Shown here in pieces: positions 26,460-37,845 of a stretch of 64,000 nt of DNA. The notes below the pieces were generated by a model. That model had not been told where the DNA came from and made no database searches. It saw only the letters and a list, made by a program, of their open reading frames with translations. Location of the stretch: the NCBI RefSeq assembly GCF_964355755.1, contig NC_092674.1:496001-560000 (forward strand). Direction: 5' to 3'. Positions within the stretch are counted from its first letter, which is position 1; the number at the start of each line of letters is the position of its first letter. Both the position numbers and the translations under genes were made by a program. This stretch comes from Antedon mediterranea (taxonomy: Eukaryota > Animalia > Echinodermata).

Positions 26460-29400
26460 TTATGAGCTAAATTGTAAAGATTGTAATGCTTGCAAAGCCG
26501 TAGAAGCTGATGGCCTAACATCTGGGTCTTCACTGGTACACATGGCGATAAGCTCCAGTAGTGGTTGATACTCTGGCTCAAAGGTATCGGGAAGCGGAGG
26601 CTGGGTTCCAAACAAACTTTGCAAATCTTCTCCATCAAAGCTGTCGTCGTCGTCACTTATTGTGCAATCTGAAATTACCAAACAATTATTGTATCAGTTA
26701 GGTTGTGATAGGAAGAGCTCTGGCTACACTATCAAACTGAGAAAAAAGTGTGATGTGCCCAAATATGGTAGTGATATGAAATCATCATGTCCATATTTGG
26801 GAATATCACTTTTTTTGTCACATAATTTTGTGTAGACATCCGATTTATGAAGCTAACACAAAACTTGAGGTTTGAAGACAGAGTAGTAGAGACAAAGAGT
26901 AGTTACAGTGAAACTTTGGCCCTGAACAAATCATTATCCAATGATGACCTTAGTTATTCTTTCCCTATAGTCCAGGGGCCGGATTTATCAAACTTGCTTA
27001 GCAAAAAAATCGTCTTAACTTTGCCTTAAATCCTTGATTTTGCCTAAGTCAGATTTATCAATATATCTAAGCAAAAAAAATTGCTTAATTTTGTCTTAAA
27101 TCTAAGACGAAAAACACCCTGCCTTAAGATGAAAAATTTCGTCTTATCTCATTTCTGCAACAGAAACATTCTTTTTTGACAACGCGAGCGCGCTAGGCCG
27201 GAACATTGAACATTCGGAAAGGCTACGCTAGTGCGTTTTACGCTGTACTACGGACGCTAAAATAATGATATCGATTTTCACAAAGATGGCCTAGAAATTG
27301 GACGAGCAAAACTAATATTTTCGGGATAGGTACGACCCAATTGACTAGCTTTTAGAAAACTGTATCGGCTGCCAAGGGTCGCTGTCATTGATAAAAATAA
27401 ATAAATGTTGATTTGATTTAAGTTTAGAGCGAATGATTTTCGTACGTATTTCCGACTGTTGTGCTCTTTCTCTATTTCAAGTAATAAAAACAATAGTAGC
27501 CAGAATGCGCCCTCTCTTGTTGGGAGTGAAAATACGGAGATAAAATGTTATAGCGCCGCCATCGCTAAGAGAAAAAAGCTAATACGCATGCGTAAGCAAG
27601 AATTTTTCGTCTTAAGACATAATTTGCTGCCCTCTAGAGTTTAATTTTGCGCATGTGCAAAGTAAAATTTACCTAAGACAATTTTTCTGCTAAGACATTG
27701 CTAAGACGGTTTGATAAATAAGATTAAGTTATTTGCTTAAGCACTTCTTAAATATTTCAGCTTAAGCAAAAATATAAGCAAATATATAAGCAAATATTGA
27801 TAAATGCCAACCCAGATCCCTATGTATTTTCATGTGCAGATCATGGGGAAAGTGTAAACATTGTGTTTTATGAATATTTGAATCATGCTGGTTATAAAAA
27901 CCCATGTTGTCAAATTTCTAAAATTCATCTTTGACCTCTGACCTCAATTTGATTGTTTTGACCCATTGAAAACAAAATGATCATATCTTTGCAACGCTTT
28001 GATTAAATGAAATAATTTTAGTGTCAAATTATTTGGAAGATGCATATTAATATTCGTTCTAATGGAAAAGTTTGTCCAAAAATGGCTGGAAGTATGATTT
28101 TTGGCATATTTGACCTTTGACCTACATATCATATAACTCCGTAACTAATAGTTGGACAAACTTTAAATAAGGCTCAAATTAATCTGAAGGTATATGTTTC
28201 TATTCAGTCTAATAAGAACTTTTTCAAGAAAATGACCCGAAATATTTTTATTGACCTTTGACCTGTACTGGTAGTACATATTTCTATAATCTCAAAAACT
28301 ATTGGCCGTAAAATGGTTGTTTTTGTGAAATGGTTCGAAAAATTTACATTTATATGTTGTATAATAACAACATTTTATAGAAATGTAAAATAATTCTATT
28401 TATGATCACTAACTTTGTAATTTATTAACATCACTAACATTTGTTATAATATTAAAATGTGTTATATTTGCTGATTTTAAGCACTTCACATGAATTTATC
28501 AGAATTATGTGTATTTAATATAAAGTTGTTTTTTTTTTTATATAAAGAAAATTTAATTGTCTATCAAATAAGACTATTTTCAAATTAATATGGCTAAAAC
28601 TTAATAAGATACAGGCAAAAAAGTGTATTTTTATTTGTGTGAACAGCGCCCTCAATCTTCATTTTTTTCCCAAAAATACCACATTTTTATGTGTTTTCCT
28701 GAACTTAACAGGTTATAACTTTGTTTTAAAGACTTTTTACAGTAACCTGTAATTTACATACCACTTTTATAACGTACTAGGTCAGTTTCTGAAAAAGTTG
28801 TGAAAAATATTCTGATAGCTTGATATTTTTGTTGAGGCTATTACATGATGCACATCATAAAAATATTTTAATTTTGAGCTAAAAGTCCATCTTTTTGGTT
28901 TAATAAAAGCTATCTAGCAGATATTAATACACAAAATTCATATTTTATTGGATAGATATTATGATTATCTTTCCAATAAAATATGCGGTTTGTGTAAGAA
29001 TGGCTGTACAAGATTGGTTGTACTGGACCAAAAAGATGTATTTTTAGCACAAAATCAAAATCTTTTTAGCATGCACCATGTAATAACCTCAGGAAAAATA
29101 TCAAGCTATAAAAATATTGTTTTCATTTTATCTCAGAAACTTACTTAGTATATGTTAGAAGGTGTATGTAAGTTACACGTCACTGACAACAAATCTTTTA
29201 AAAAGTTACAACCAGCTAAGTTTATGAAACCACATGAAAATGTGGTATTTTTTTGAAAAAAATTAAGATTGAGGGCGCTGTTCACATAAGTAAAAATACA
29301 CTTTTTTGCCTGTATCTAATTAAGTTTTAGCCATAATAATTTGAAAATAGTCTTATTTGATAGACAATTACATTTTCTTTATATAAAAAAAAATAAATTT

Positions 29401-32400
29401 TATATTAAATACACATATTTTCTGATAAATTCATGTGAAGTGCTTAAAATCAGCAAATATGACACATTTTAATATTATAACAAATGCTAGTGATGTTAAT
29501 AAATTACAAAGTTAGTGATCATAAATAGAATTCTTTTACACTTCTATAAAATTTTGTTATTATACAACATATAAATGTAAATTTTTCGAACCATTTCACA
29601 AAAACAACCATTTTACGGTCAATAGTTTTTGAGATTATAGAAATATGTACTACCAGTACAGGTCAAAGGTCAATAAAAATATTTCGGGTCATTTTCTTGA
29701 AAAAGTTCTTATTAGACTGAATAGAAACATATACCTCCAGATTAATTTGAGCCCTATTTAAAGTTTGTCCCAACTATTAGTTACGGAGTTATATGATATG
29801 TAGGTCAAAGGTCAAATATGCAAAAAATCATACTTCCAGCCATTTTTGGACAAACTTTTCCATTAGAACGAATATTAATATGCATCTCCCAAATAATTTG
29901 ACACTAAAATTATTTCATTTAATCTAAGCGTTGCAAAGATATGATCATTTTGTTTTCCATGGGTCAAAACAATCAAATTGAGGTCAGAGGTCAAAGATGA
30001 ATTTTAGAAATTTGACAACATAGGTTTTTATAACCAGCATGATTCAAATATTCATAAAACACAATGTTTACACTTTCCCCATGATCTGCACACGAAGGCA
30101 CTTTTTTTGACATAGGGATCTGGACTACTACCTAAATCCATGTTACTTGTATGAGGCACTAGCAACGTGATCATTTCCCACAACACCAGACCAAATGAGT
30201 ACATATCAGCCTTGTCTGTGATTGGTCCATTTTCAAATGATTCCTTGCAATTCCAGGCCGCCGTCCCTATATATCGATCAATGGGATCCTGAGTGGAAAG
30301 AAAAAAACTTTTAGTTTTTATTTTTAAATCAGTGACTGATTAAAAATAATGATTATCAAGAACATATGAATAGGTAACAACAGGTTTCCTTCCTACATAC
30401 TATGAACAATGGCAAAATCAGCACTGTAGTCATGTTACAAGAGTTGTCAAAACAATATAATTTATCTGATAAAACTCCTATAAAGTAGGAAGCCTTTTAT
30501 CATTTCTCCCCTGACTGAAAAGACAAAGAACATAAACCAGATATTTATGCTGGATAACCCGTAAAAGTATGAATTGAATTACCTCAAGTCCAGTAAGATC
30601 ATCTTTAAGTTTAAGTGAGACTCCAAAGTCACATAATTTAATTGATTCAAAATTGTTAGCAACCAGTACGTTGGCACTTTTTAAGTCTCCGTGGAGCAGC
30701 TTGTGCTGCGTGTGGAGACATCTGAGTGCATTGAGTACAGATACAGCCACTTTGTGCACTTGCTTGGCAGGAAATGAACCTGAATAAAAACCATGTCATA
30801 ACATACATGAACAGTATTTGTAAATTATCAATTAAACAATTATAGTATTATAACAATGACTATTGGATAGAGATTCTTTATATATATATATATATATATT
30901 GCACTGATGCCCGGGCAACACTAGCCCTTTATCAGTGCAAGTGAAGGAATTTGGATAACGTCATAGTATAAAGCTTGCAAGTGCTGCCTGGGTGGACAGG
31001 AATAAAAGAAATATAACAAAGGGAGCCAGGGTGGAGTCTGAATAAGAACGTAGCTTGGTAGATATATATATATATTTAGGCAAATTTCCAAGGATAACCA
31101 TAAGCAAATTCATTCACCATCCTTCTTAATATACATAATATGATGGGACTTGAACCCAGGACTCTTGGATTGGTAGCCAAGCATCATAACCATCAAGCCA
31201 CAACTCCACTATAATAATGACAAGTTAACAAGTCTTACCTTGGTTATTTTCTATTCTTGCTTCAATTAAATCATATAGACTAATTTCACCATTTTCCATT
31301 ATCAGACATGGCACTCCATTTTTGTCTTTTATGTATCCACGGTAACCAACAACATTTGGATGGTTAACTCTCTGAAAATTGTAACCATTTCTAATTAAAA
31401 CAAAAATCTTGGTCACTACAGAATAATTTAATTATTGTATTTAGATTAAATCGATGTTTTTTAATATACAATATGCAGTATCTAAATTTATCTAAGTTTA
31501 TTTTGTATAGTGTATCTTTATTACAACTCTTTACTTGTTTATCTTTATTTTGACTTTATATATTTTGTATGTCGATTGTGCCTGTCATGAATTTCCCCAA
31601 GGACCTAATAAATGAACCTGAATCTCATTAAGTTCTCAAACAAAGATCAATCTTTTTAATATTATACAATGAATTTTAAAGATTACTAATATTAATTTAA
31701 AAAAACTGAGCTGCAGAGATCCATGTGAAGTTGTAATAAAAATGGCTAAAATACCTTCAGAATATCTGCTTCATATTTGAGCCTTTCTTTCACTGTTTCA
31801 GCTGGAACTACAGTTCTTTTCAGAAGTTTTTTGACAGCCCATGGTGATCTTGGTGATCCATCATTTTTTGGGCTCCTATCAACAAATATTATGAAAGAAA
31901 TTGAATTTACCTAGCAGATACAATTCTGGAAATCTCAATGGTCAAGCCTCCAGAGTTAGAAAGAACAAAGAATGTTTCTCAGTCTCCAATTGAGAATTTA
32001 ACTATTTATTTTAAGCAGGAAGAATATGTTTGATTAAAACTTTTTGGTACTATTAATTTTAATAATAATACTGTTCTTGAGAGTCCAATAAAACCATGCT
32101 GACCGGATCACCCCTTTTGAAATAATATGGTGAAAACCCTCCCAATAGCCGACACCTTTGGGCTGACCTAGTATGTCTGGTTTTCCGGAAAGTCTGAATT
32201 AAGAATTTGTTTTTAATGGTAAAAATAAATTTGGGACTCGGTTTGGACCTCATGAAAAGTCTTGTTTTGGGAATGTTCCGGTTTTCAGCAGAGAGTCCGA
32301 TATTGGGAGAGTTGACTGTATTATATATTTTCAACCTACCTTTCATATAAATAGACTGAAACACCTGTGCCCCAGCCAAGCTTCTTCAGGAAGGGAGACG

Positions 32401-32503
32401 GAGGAATGCTGATCATAGGCGAGGCTGACAAGGATCCATTTAATGAGGTCTTGGACTTTCTCTTAAGATTATTAACTGGAGTTGAAAACGCTCCTACAGA
32501 CAT
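26460..32503 (-). CDS. PBK: PBK/TOPK (PDZ-binding kinase, mitotic MAPKK-like), 326 aa, 6 coding exons
   Basis: Exons 32503-32340, 31875-31755, 31371-31239, 30779-30583, 30288-30132, 26668-26460 join in frame. FSTP CDK-type site, IPPSPFLKKLGWGTGVSVY, SPWAVKK, HPNVVGYRG, HGDLKSAN, CDFGVSL, ITDKADMYSFG, acidic insert, CTSEDPDVRPSA. Confidence 0.93.
26715..26840. mobile_element. MITE family A copy in the last PBK intron
   Basis: GAGCTCTGGCTACACTATCAAAC...GTGTAGACA. Confidence 0.65.
26968..30127. mobile_element. Non-autonomous Academ-like foldback DNA transposon (2.3 kb plus an 840-bp nested insert)
   Basis: Termini TAGTCCAG[insert]ATCCCTATG and CATAGGGATCTGGACTA; 3-bp duplication CTA at 26965-26967 and 30128-30130. 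Arms of about 27830-28690 and 29235-30095 are near-perfect inverted copies. No transposase ORF. TAG..CTA ends with a 3-4-bp TSD fit the Academ superfamily. Confidence 0.82.
26976..27812. mobile_element. Harbinger-type non-autonomous element (837 bp) nested in the left TIR of the foldback
   Basis: Imperfect 16-bp TIRs GGGCCGGATTTATCAA and TTGATAAATGCCAACC; CAG duplication at 26973-26975 and 27813-27815; subterminal (C)TAAGCAAA / TTGCTTA repeats. Confidence 0.82.
31140..31210 (-). mobile_element. tRNA-derived SINE head (best preserved copy)
   Basis: Reverse complement AGTGGAGTTGTGGCTTGATGGTTATGATGCTTGGCTACCAATCCAAGAGTCCTGGGTTCAAGTCCCATCA has A box TGGCTTGATGG and B box GGTTCAAGTCC but no acceptor stem. 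Four dispersed copies in the window. Confidence 0.65.
32069..32320. mobile_element. Degenerate Tc1/mariner-like MITE in a PBK intron
   Basis: Ends in GGGAGAGTTGACTGTA, identical to the end of the 20616-20759 copy. Confidence 0.5.
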
Positions 32504-32767
32504 CTTACATCACTTTGTATAATCAATTTTAATATTTGTTTAAAAAAAAACATTGATTTTACAAAAAAATCAACACAATTGACAATGACATTGACAATAA
32601 ATGTGTGTGATATTTTATATTTTTTATGTACGCCTACAAAAAAAGAATTCTTATGCAATTTCAAATTGTGCAAGTTTCAAATTATGCAAGCCTACTAGGC
32701 CTAGGCTACCCCTTCCTTATACAAGCTCGGCTAGGCCTATACTACTACCAGCTCCTAGCATTCCTAC

Positions 32768-35134
32768 CGGGTGCTGGTCAACCCGTACCCAAACCAACCC
32801 GTACCCATGCCAACTCGTACCCAACTTGGCTAACCCGTACCCAAATAATTGGTCAACTCGTACCCACTTTGGCTAACCCGTACCCAAACCAACCCGTACC
32901 CATGCCAACTCGTACCTAAATATTTGGCTTACTCGTACCCAAGTATTTGGCTTACTCGTACCCATTTTTTGGCTTACCCGTACCCATTTTTGGCTTACTC
33001 GTACCCATTATTTGGCCTACTCGTACCCAATTTGAATAATTACTTGTAATGATTTGATCGGCGTAAAACTAGTGGTATGCTTTTGCCGTATGAATATTTT
33101 TATATTTAAATTGTTTTTTTATTTTACATACAGGTCTCGGTGAAATGTGTGCTAATAAAAATGACCATTGATTTGATTGTAGACTTCGTTTAATTAGGCA
33201 TATATTTGTTAACATTTATTTAAATCTAGTATTATAGTTTTATAAACGTATGTTTGATGTGTCTTTTTTATTTACGTAAGAGAACATTAATTAATAAAAA
33301 AATATTTTAACTGTTGTATAGTTAGTATTACAATTCAATTAAGCCCAGGTAAAGTACCAACAACGTATAATTTTATACTTATCAATTTTTATTCTTTTAT
33401 TTTATTCTAATTATCTTCCCTGATTACATTCGATCAAGTAATTATTTCTATTGTATTTGGTATATTTAAAATTGGTTGAATTAACAACACCCTGTTTTAA
33501 GCGAAAAGCCTGCCGGGCTATGGGGTCGAATTACTCGTAGATTTCGTGTTACGTGTTTTTTCTGACCGGGATTAACCTTTTATTATAAAAAACACGCATT
33601 TATAGGGCCGGCGTCAAAGAGACGACTTAGTAATGACGTATGATCATTTTCCATATATTTTATTTATTAATAATTCAGTGAAATGATCATATACACGTAC
33701 TGTCGTACTGTAGCCTAAGGCAATTAAACATTTTGGCAGATTTTCTTCTATAACAGCTACGTGTTTTTGCTGAATGGGGATTCCTCTTTATTATTAAAAA
33801 AAAAAAACGCATTTGTACGGGTCCATTTGTAGTGTGTCCAAAAATAGCAACGCAATGTGGCGTATGATCGTTTTCTATTTATTTTTTTTCTTAAATAATT
33901 CAGTAAAATTATCTGTTTGTTTACGGTAATTAAACATTTTTGGTAGATGTTTCCTCAATAACTTACAGCTACGTGTTTTTGCTGACGAGGGATTCCCTTT
34001 TTTAAAAAAAAATACGCATTCTATAATGTGTCAAATAAGACAAATGAAATGAACTACGATCGTTTTTCCATGGCAACGGATGTCGTCTTATTTACTAAAA
34101 TAATATAAACCTTCTGAAGGCCTACCTACACGTGTCTGAGTTCTTACGTATCTGTCAGCGATAAGATGATTTTTTTAAGTTTTAGTAGTATTTATTTCGG
34201 TTTTTAGTCATAATAATACAGTAATAATCATTATAAAATGAAAACGTAATAACAGCAAATGTCGTCGTTTGTAATTAAATGTTAAATTATTGGAGGTTAG
34301 TACAGTAGTTACCTTTTATTATTACTCTCACATCCGTCATTGTATACTAGATAAACGGCAATAATCTAATCTACTACTAAATGCTCATAGCAGCAATGAG
34401 GCTGGTATCCACTTAAATAGTTTCGTGATTTTAAAATACGAGTGACTATTTAAAAATGTATTAAATATTTTCGAAATGTTAAAACAGTTTAATATTTTCC
34501 AAAACTTGCAAAACAAAACAACAAAAACCATTCGTTTTAAAACGATTTTCAAAAAGCACATTACTTCATTATCTGTAAAATAAAATGAAAATACAAATTA
34601 TGTATAAAAGATATTCATGTTTACTTTTAATAATTCAAGTTTTCATCATCACAGACTAGTGGGTATTTCAATTTCCGTGTACTACTATTCGTAGAAAATA
34701 ATAGATTAATAACTCATAAATGAAAAAAAAATAGAATGCAGCACAGCCGACCACTGACATCTTCCACAGTACAGAGCCATATAAAACAGCGCCCTCAAGT
34801 ATTAACTTTACCAAATACGACGTACGCAAATACGATGAAAGCTGTGCTTTTTACGTACGAGTCTGTACATATTATTATACATTTTAGGTCAATAGTTTTT
34901 GCCATTATAATATCGAACATATGATTGGTATCTAAAAATTTAATAAAACTGGGTTTAAATGTAATATAAATATACTTTAAATAGCATTAAACTTGGGTAC
35001 GGGCCAGTCAATGATGGGTACGGGTCAGCCAATGATGGGTACGGGTCAGCCAAAATTTTGGGTACGAGTAAGCCAAAATTTGGGTACGAGTTGGTGGGTA
35101 CGAGTTGGCATGGGTACGGGTTGACCTGTATTCG
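32768..35134. mobile_element. Mutator-like (foldback type) non-autonomous element, about 2.37 kb
   Basis: Ends CGGGTGCTGGTCAACCCGTACCC and GGGTACGGGTTGACCTGTATTCG. 13 left and 7 right subterminal (A)CYCGTACC repeats in inverted orientation. Flanks AGCATTCCTAC and TGCAGTCCTAC (9/11 match). Confidence 0.72.
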
Positions 35135-35683
35135 TGCAGTCCTACTAGGCCTAGCCTAGGCTAGGCCTACTTACAGGCCGGCCGCGTACCACACTGTCTC
35201 TGTAGGGCCTAGCTAGGCCTAGTAGTTAGTGGGCTTGGATCTTGGGATTCTTGGCCTAGGTATTTAATTCTTGGAATGAAATATAGAGTACTTGGCCTAG
35301 CCTACAAATTGTTCATGACCTTCAAGGCCCTACCTTTAATGTTTTTTCAGTTCCGACGACTTGCATTTATTCTCGAATAATAATTTCATTCAAAAGTCCC
35401 ACGGTTTTTTCATGTATGGAACGTCATTCGTGCCTTACGCAATATCGTTTACTCCATCCATTGTTTTTTCTTGGTCGATTGTGTAGGCGTGAATTTTTGA
35501 AAAAAGGGCAAATATTACCATCGACCTAAATTAAATGTTTTATTATTAATACTATCAATAAATATATTTATTATAGCTAATTCTTCAGTGAAACATCATC
35601 ACTAAAAGAAATATTGACGCGCGCACTCAAACGTTGATGACCGCACGACTTTAGTACGCGCTTGTCAGATTGCAGTTAATAAA

Positions 35684-36568
35684 TTAAGAAAATGGTGTTA
35701 TTCTTAAACTTCTTCGGCAAATGACAGGAACTACATTCAATGATTTTCTAAAATCGGAGAGATGAAGCCAGTATATGATAGGATTTGCTAATGAGTTGGT
35801 ATGTGTAAATGAAAAAGTTAAGATGCTACTGAAAGCTAATTTGCTCGAGATTTCAGTACAATCAATGAAATATATAATTGCGGTACAAATCATATGAGGG
35901 CTCCATGCTACTGCAATCATTCCGATAATTATGCTGAATGTTTTCGACATTTTCTTAAAATCTTGGACTTCGTTTGTAGATAAAGGCACATTAGTACGAT
36001 TTGCTTTAAGCTCTCTATATATATTATAGTACAACCATTCAGTGGCCATGATTGGTAATATTAACAGATTAGTAAAGATAAAATATCCAGTTACAGTATG
36101 TCCTCTTGTAAAGTTAAAGATGATACTCAATACCAATGATAAGGTTACAATTAAAAAGCTTGTGATGACGTAACGTCTAGTGGTAACGATCACGTGGTAT
36201 CTCAAAGGGGCCCATGTCAGTGCAATGGAACGGTCAACACCGATGGCAGCTATCGTTACCAATGATGCAATCATCAGACCACCGGTTACAGAAACTGAAA
36301 GTCTAAGTAAAAAAATATCAGGATAATAAAAAAATAGCGAAGTGGGTAGCATTGAAATACTACCCATTCCATCAACAATCGCTAAAAGGCATATGAAGAT
36401 ATTCCTAGTCTTACGAAGTCTAGAACTGAAACAAAACAGTGATACTACCAATATGTTTACAAGAAACGACGAGATACACAATAGAAAAATAAAAGTCTGT
36501 AACGTTTTCATGTCAGATTTGGTTAACTGTTTCCAATATTCATCTACTACACAGTGGTTGCTCATCAT
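35684..36568 (-). CDS. Intronless class A (rhodopsin-family) GPCR, copy 1, 294 aa
   Basis: Seven hydrophobic segments, N1.50, LAIVD, DRS, WAPLRY, AWSP, NSLANPIIYW. Confidence 0.92.
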   Translation of the reverse strand: MMSNHCVVDEYWKQLTKSDMKTLQTFIFLLCISSFLVNILVVSLFCFSSRLRKTRNIFICLLAIVDGMGSISMLPTSLFFYYPDIFLLRLSVSVTGGLMIASLVTIAAIGVDRSIALTWAPLRYHVIVTTRRYVITSFLIVTLSLVLSIIFNFTRGHTVTGYFIFTNLLILPIMATEWLYYNIYRELKANRTNVPLSTNEVQDFKKMSKTFSIIIGMIAVAWSPHMICTAIIYFIDCTEISSKLAFSSILTFSFTHTNSLANPIIYWLHLSDFRKSLNVVPVICRRSLRITPFS

Positions 36569-36614
36569 GCTACAGAAATGTTCTTTCGAAAATGCAGGAG
36601 TTTATACTGCTTGC

Positions 36615-37160
36615 AACAACAACCGCTAATGTAGAAAACGCCAGCTAATGTCGCCGAAACAATCGCTAATGTAGAAAACGCCAGCTAATATCGACGAAAC
36701 AACCGCTGATTTAGAAAACGCCAGCTAATGTCGAAACAACCGCTAATGTAGAAAACGCCAGCTAATATCGACGAAACAATCGCTAATGTAGAAACCGCCA
36801 GCTAATGTCGACGAAACAATCGCTAATGTAGAAACCGCCAGCTAATATCGACGAAACAACCGCTGATTTAGAAAACGCCAGCTAAGTCGAAACAACCGCT
36901 AATGTAGAAAACGCCAGCTAATATCGACGAAACAACCGCTAATGTAGAAAACGCCAGCTAATGTCGAAACAACCGCTAATGTAGAAAACGCCAGCTAATA
37001 TCGTCGAAACAACCGCTAATGTAGAAAACCCCAGCTAATGTCGAAACAACCGCTAATGTAGAACAATCCACCATCGCTAATGTAGTAAAACCTCCAAAAG
37101 CTTATGTAGTAAATGCAAAATCAACACCAGCTAATGTAGAAACGGTCAACAGCTAATGTT
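36615..37160. repeat. 37-40-bp minisatellite just upstream of GPCR copy 1
   Basis: Unit GAAACAACCGCTAATGTAGAAAACGCCAGCTAAT(G/A)TC(GAC), built from two GCTAATGT half-units, about 12 copies decaying to the right. Confidence 0.9.
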
Positions 37161-37845
37161 GTAACGATAATTGCCCAGCCCAGGCTACATCTACATTGAT
37201 CTTTTAAATAACTGTTTTTCGAGCTCCGTATTTTGAGCCAATATCAATACTACGAATGTTTACATAGAAGCAATTCTAATTCTTCCAATTTATTCATAAC
37301 GTCAATCATTATGTACGTCACTTTTATTGGACACGAATTCGATACAATTAGTTATTAATGAAAATGATTGAACTGTTTGTCAAGAAATCAATATTATAGA
37401 GGAATATTATATTTTTGAAATTTGATTGATGTCAATATTATAATGAGGACTGACAAGCGATTAGTTTATTATGGTACTCAATTTCTTAGACACTTTCTTT
37501 GATGTATCAAATGAACCCATATAAACAAACTTGCTCAAAAGTACTAATGTTTTAATATCCTTACCGACTTGTGGTTTATCAATTGAAATCAATATCTGTA
37601 AATAATCTAGGCCATTACCTATTATTTCAGGTTTTGAAATTTCATCATAATAGTTAAAGAAAACAAATTAAAAGCATGCGCGTTCAAATCCTGATAAAAA
37701 CGACACGGCTTAAATGTGAAGTCATTGATCTATAGGCCTAAGTTAATTTAAATTAGTCAACAAAATACTTTTCAAAAAAGAAATTGTTTCTCGTTGACAA
37801 AAGTTATTAAATTAAAAAGAAACATTCAATTACCAATTATAGTCA

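Noticed and set aside
27830-30095. Giant inverted repeat as a pure assembly fold-back artefact
   Set aside because: The arms carry substitutions and a diverged centre, and the element has defined termini, a TSD and a nested insertion in one arm only.
31140-31210. Possible tRNA gene
   Set aside because: A and B boxes are present but there is no pairing acceptor stem, and several decayed copies exist, so it is called a SINE head.
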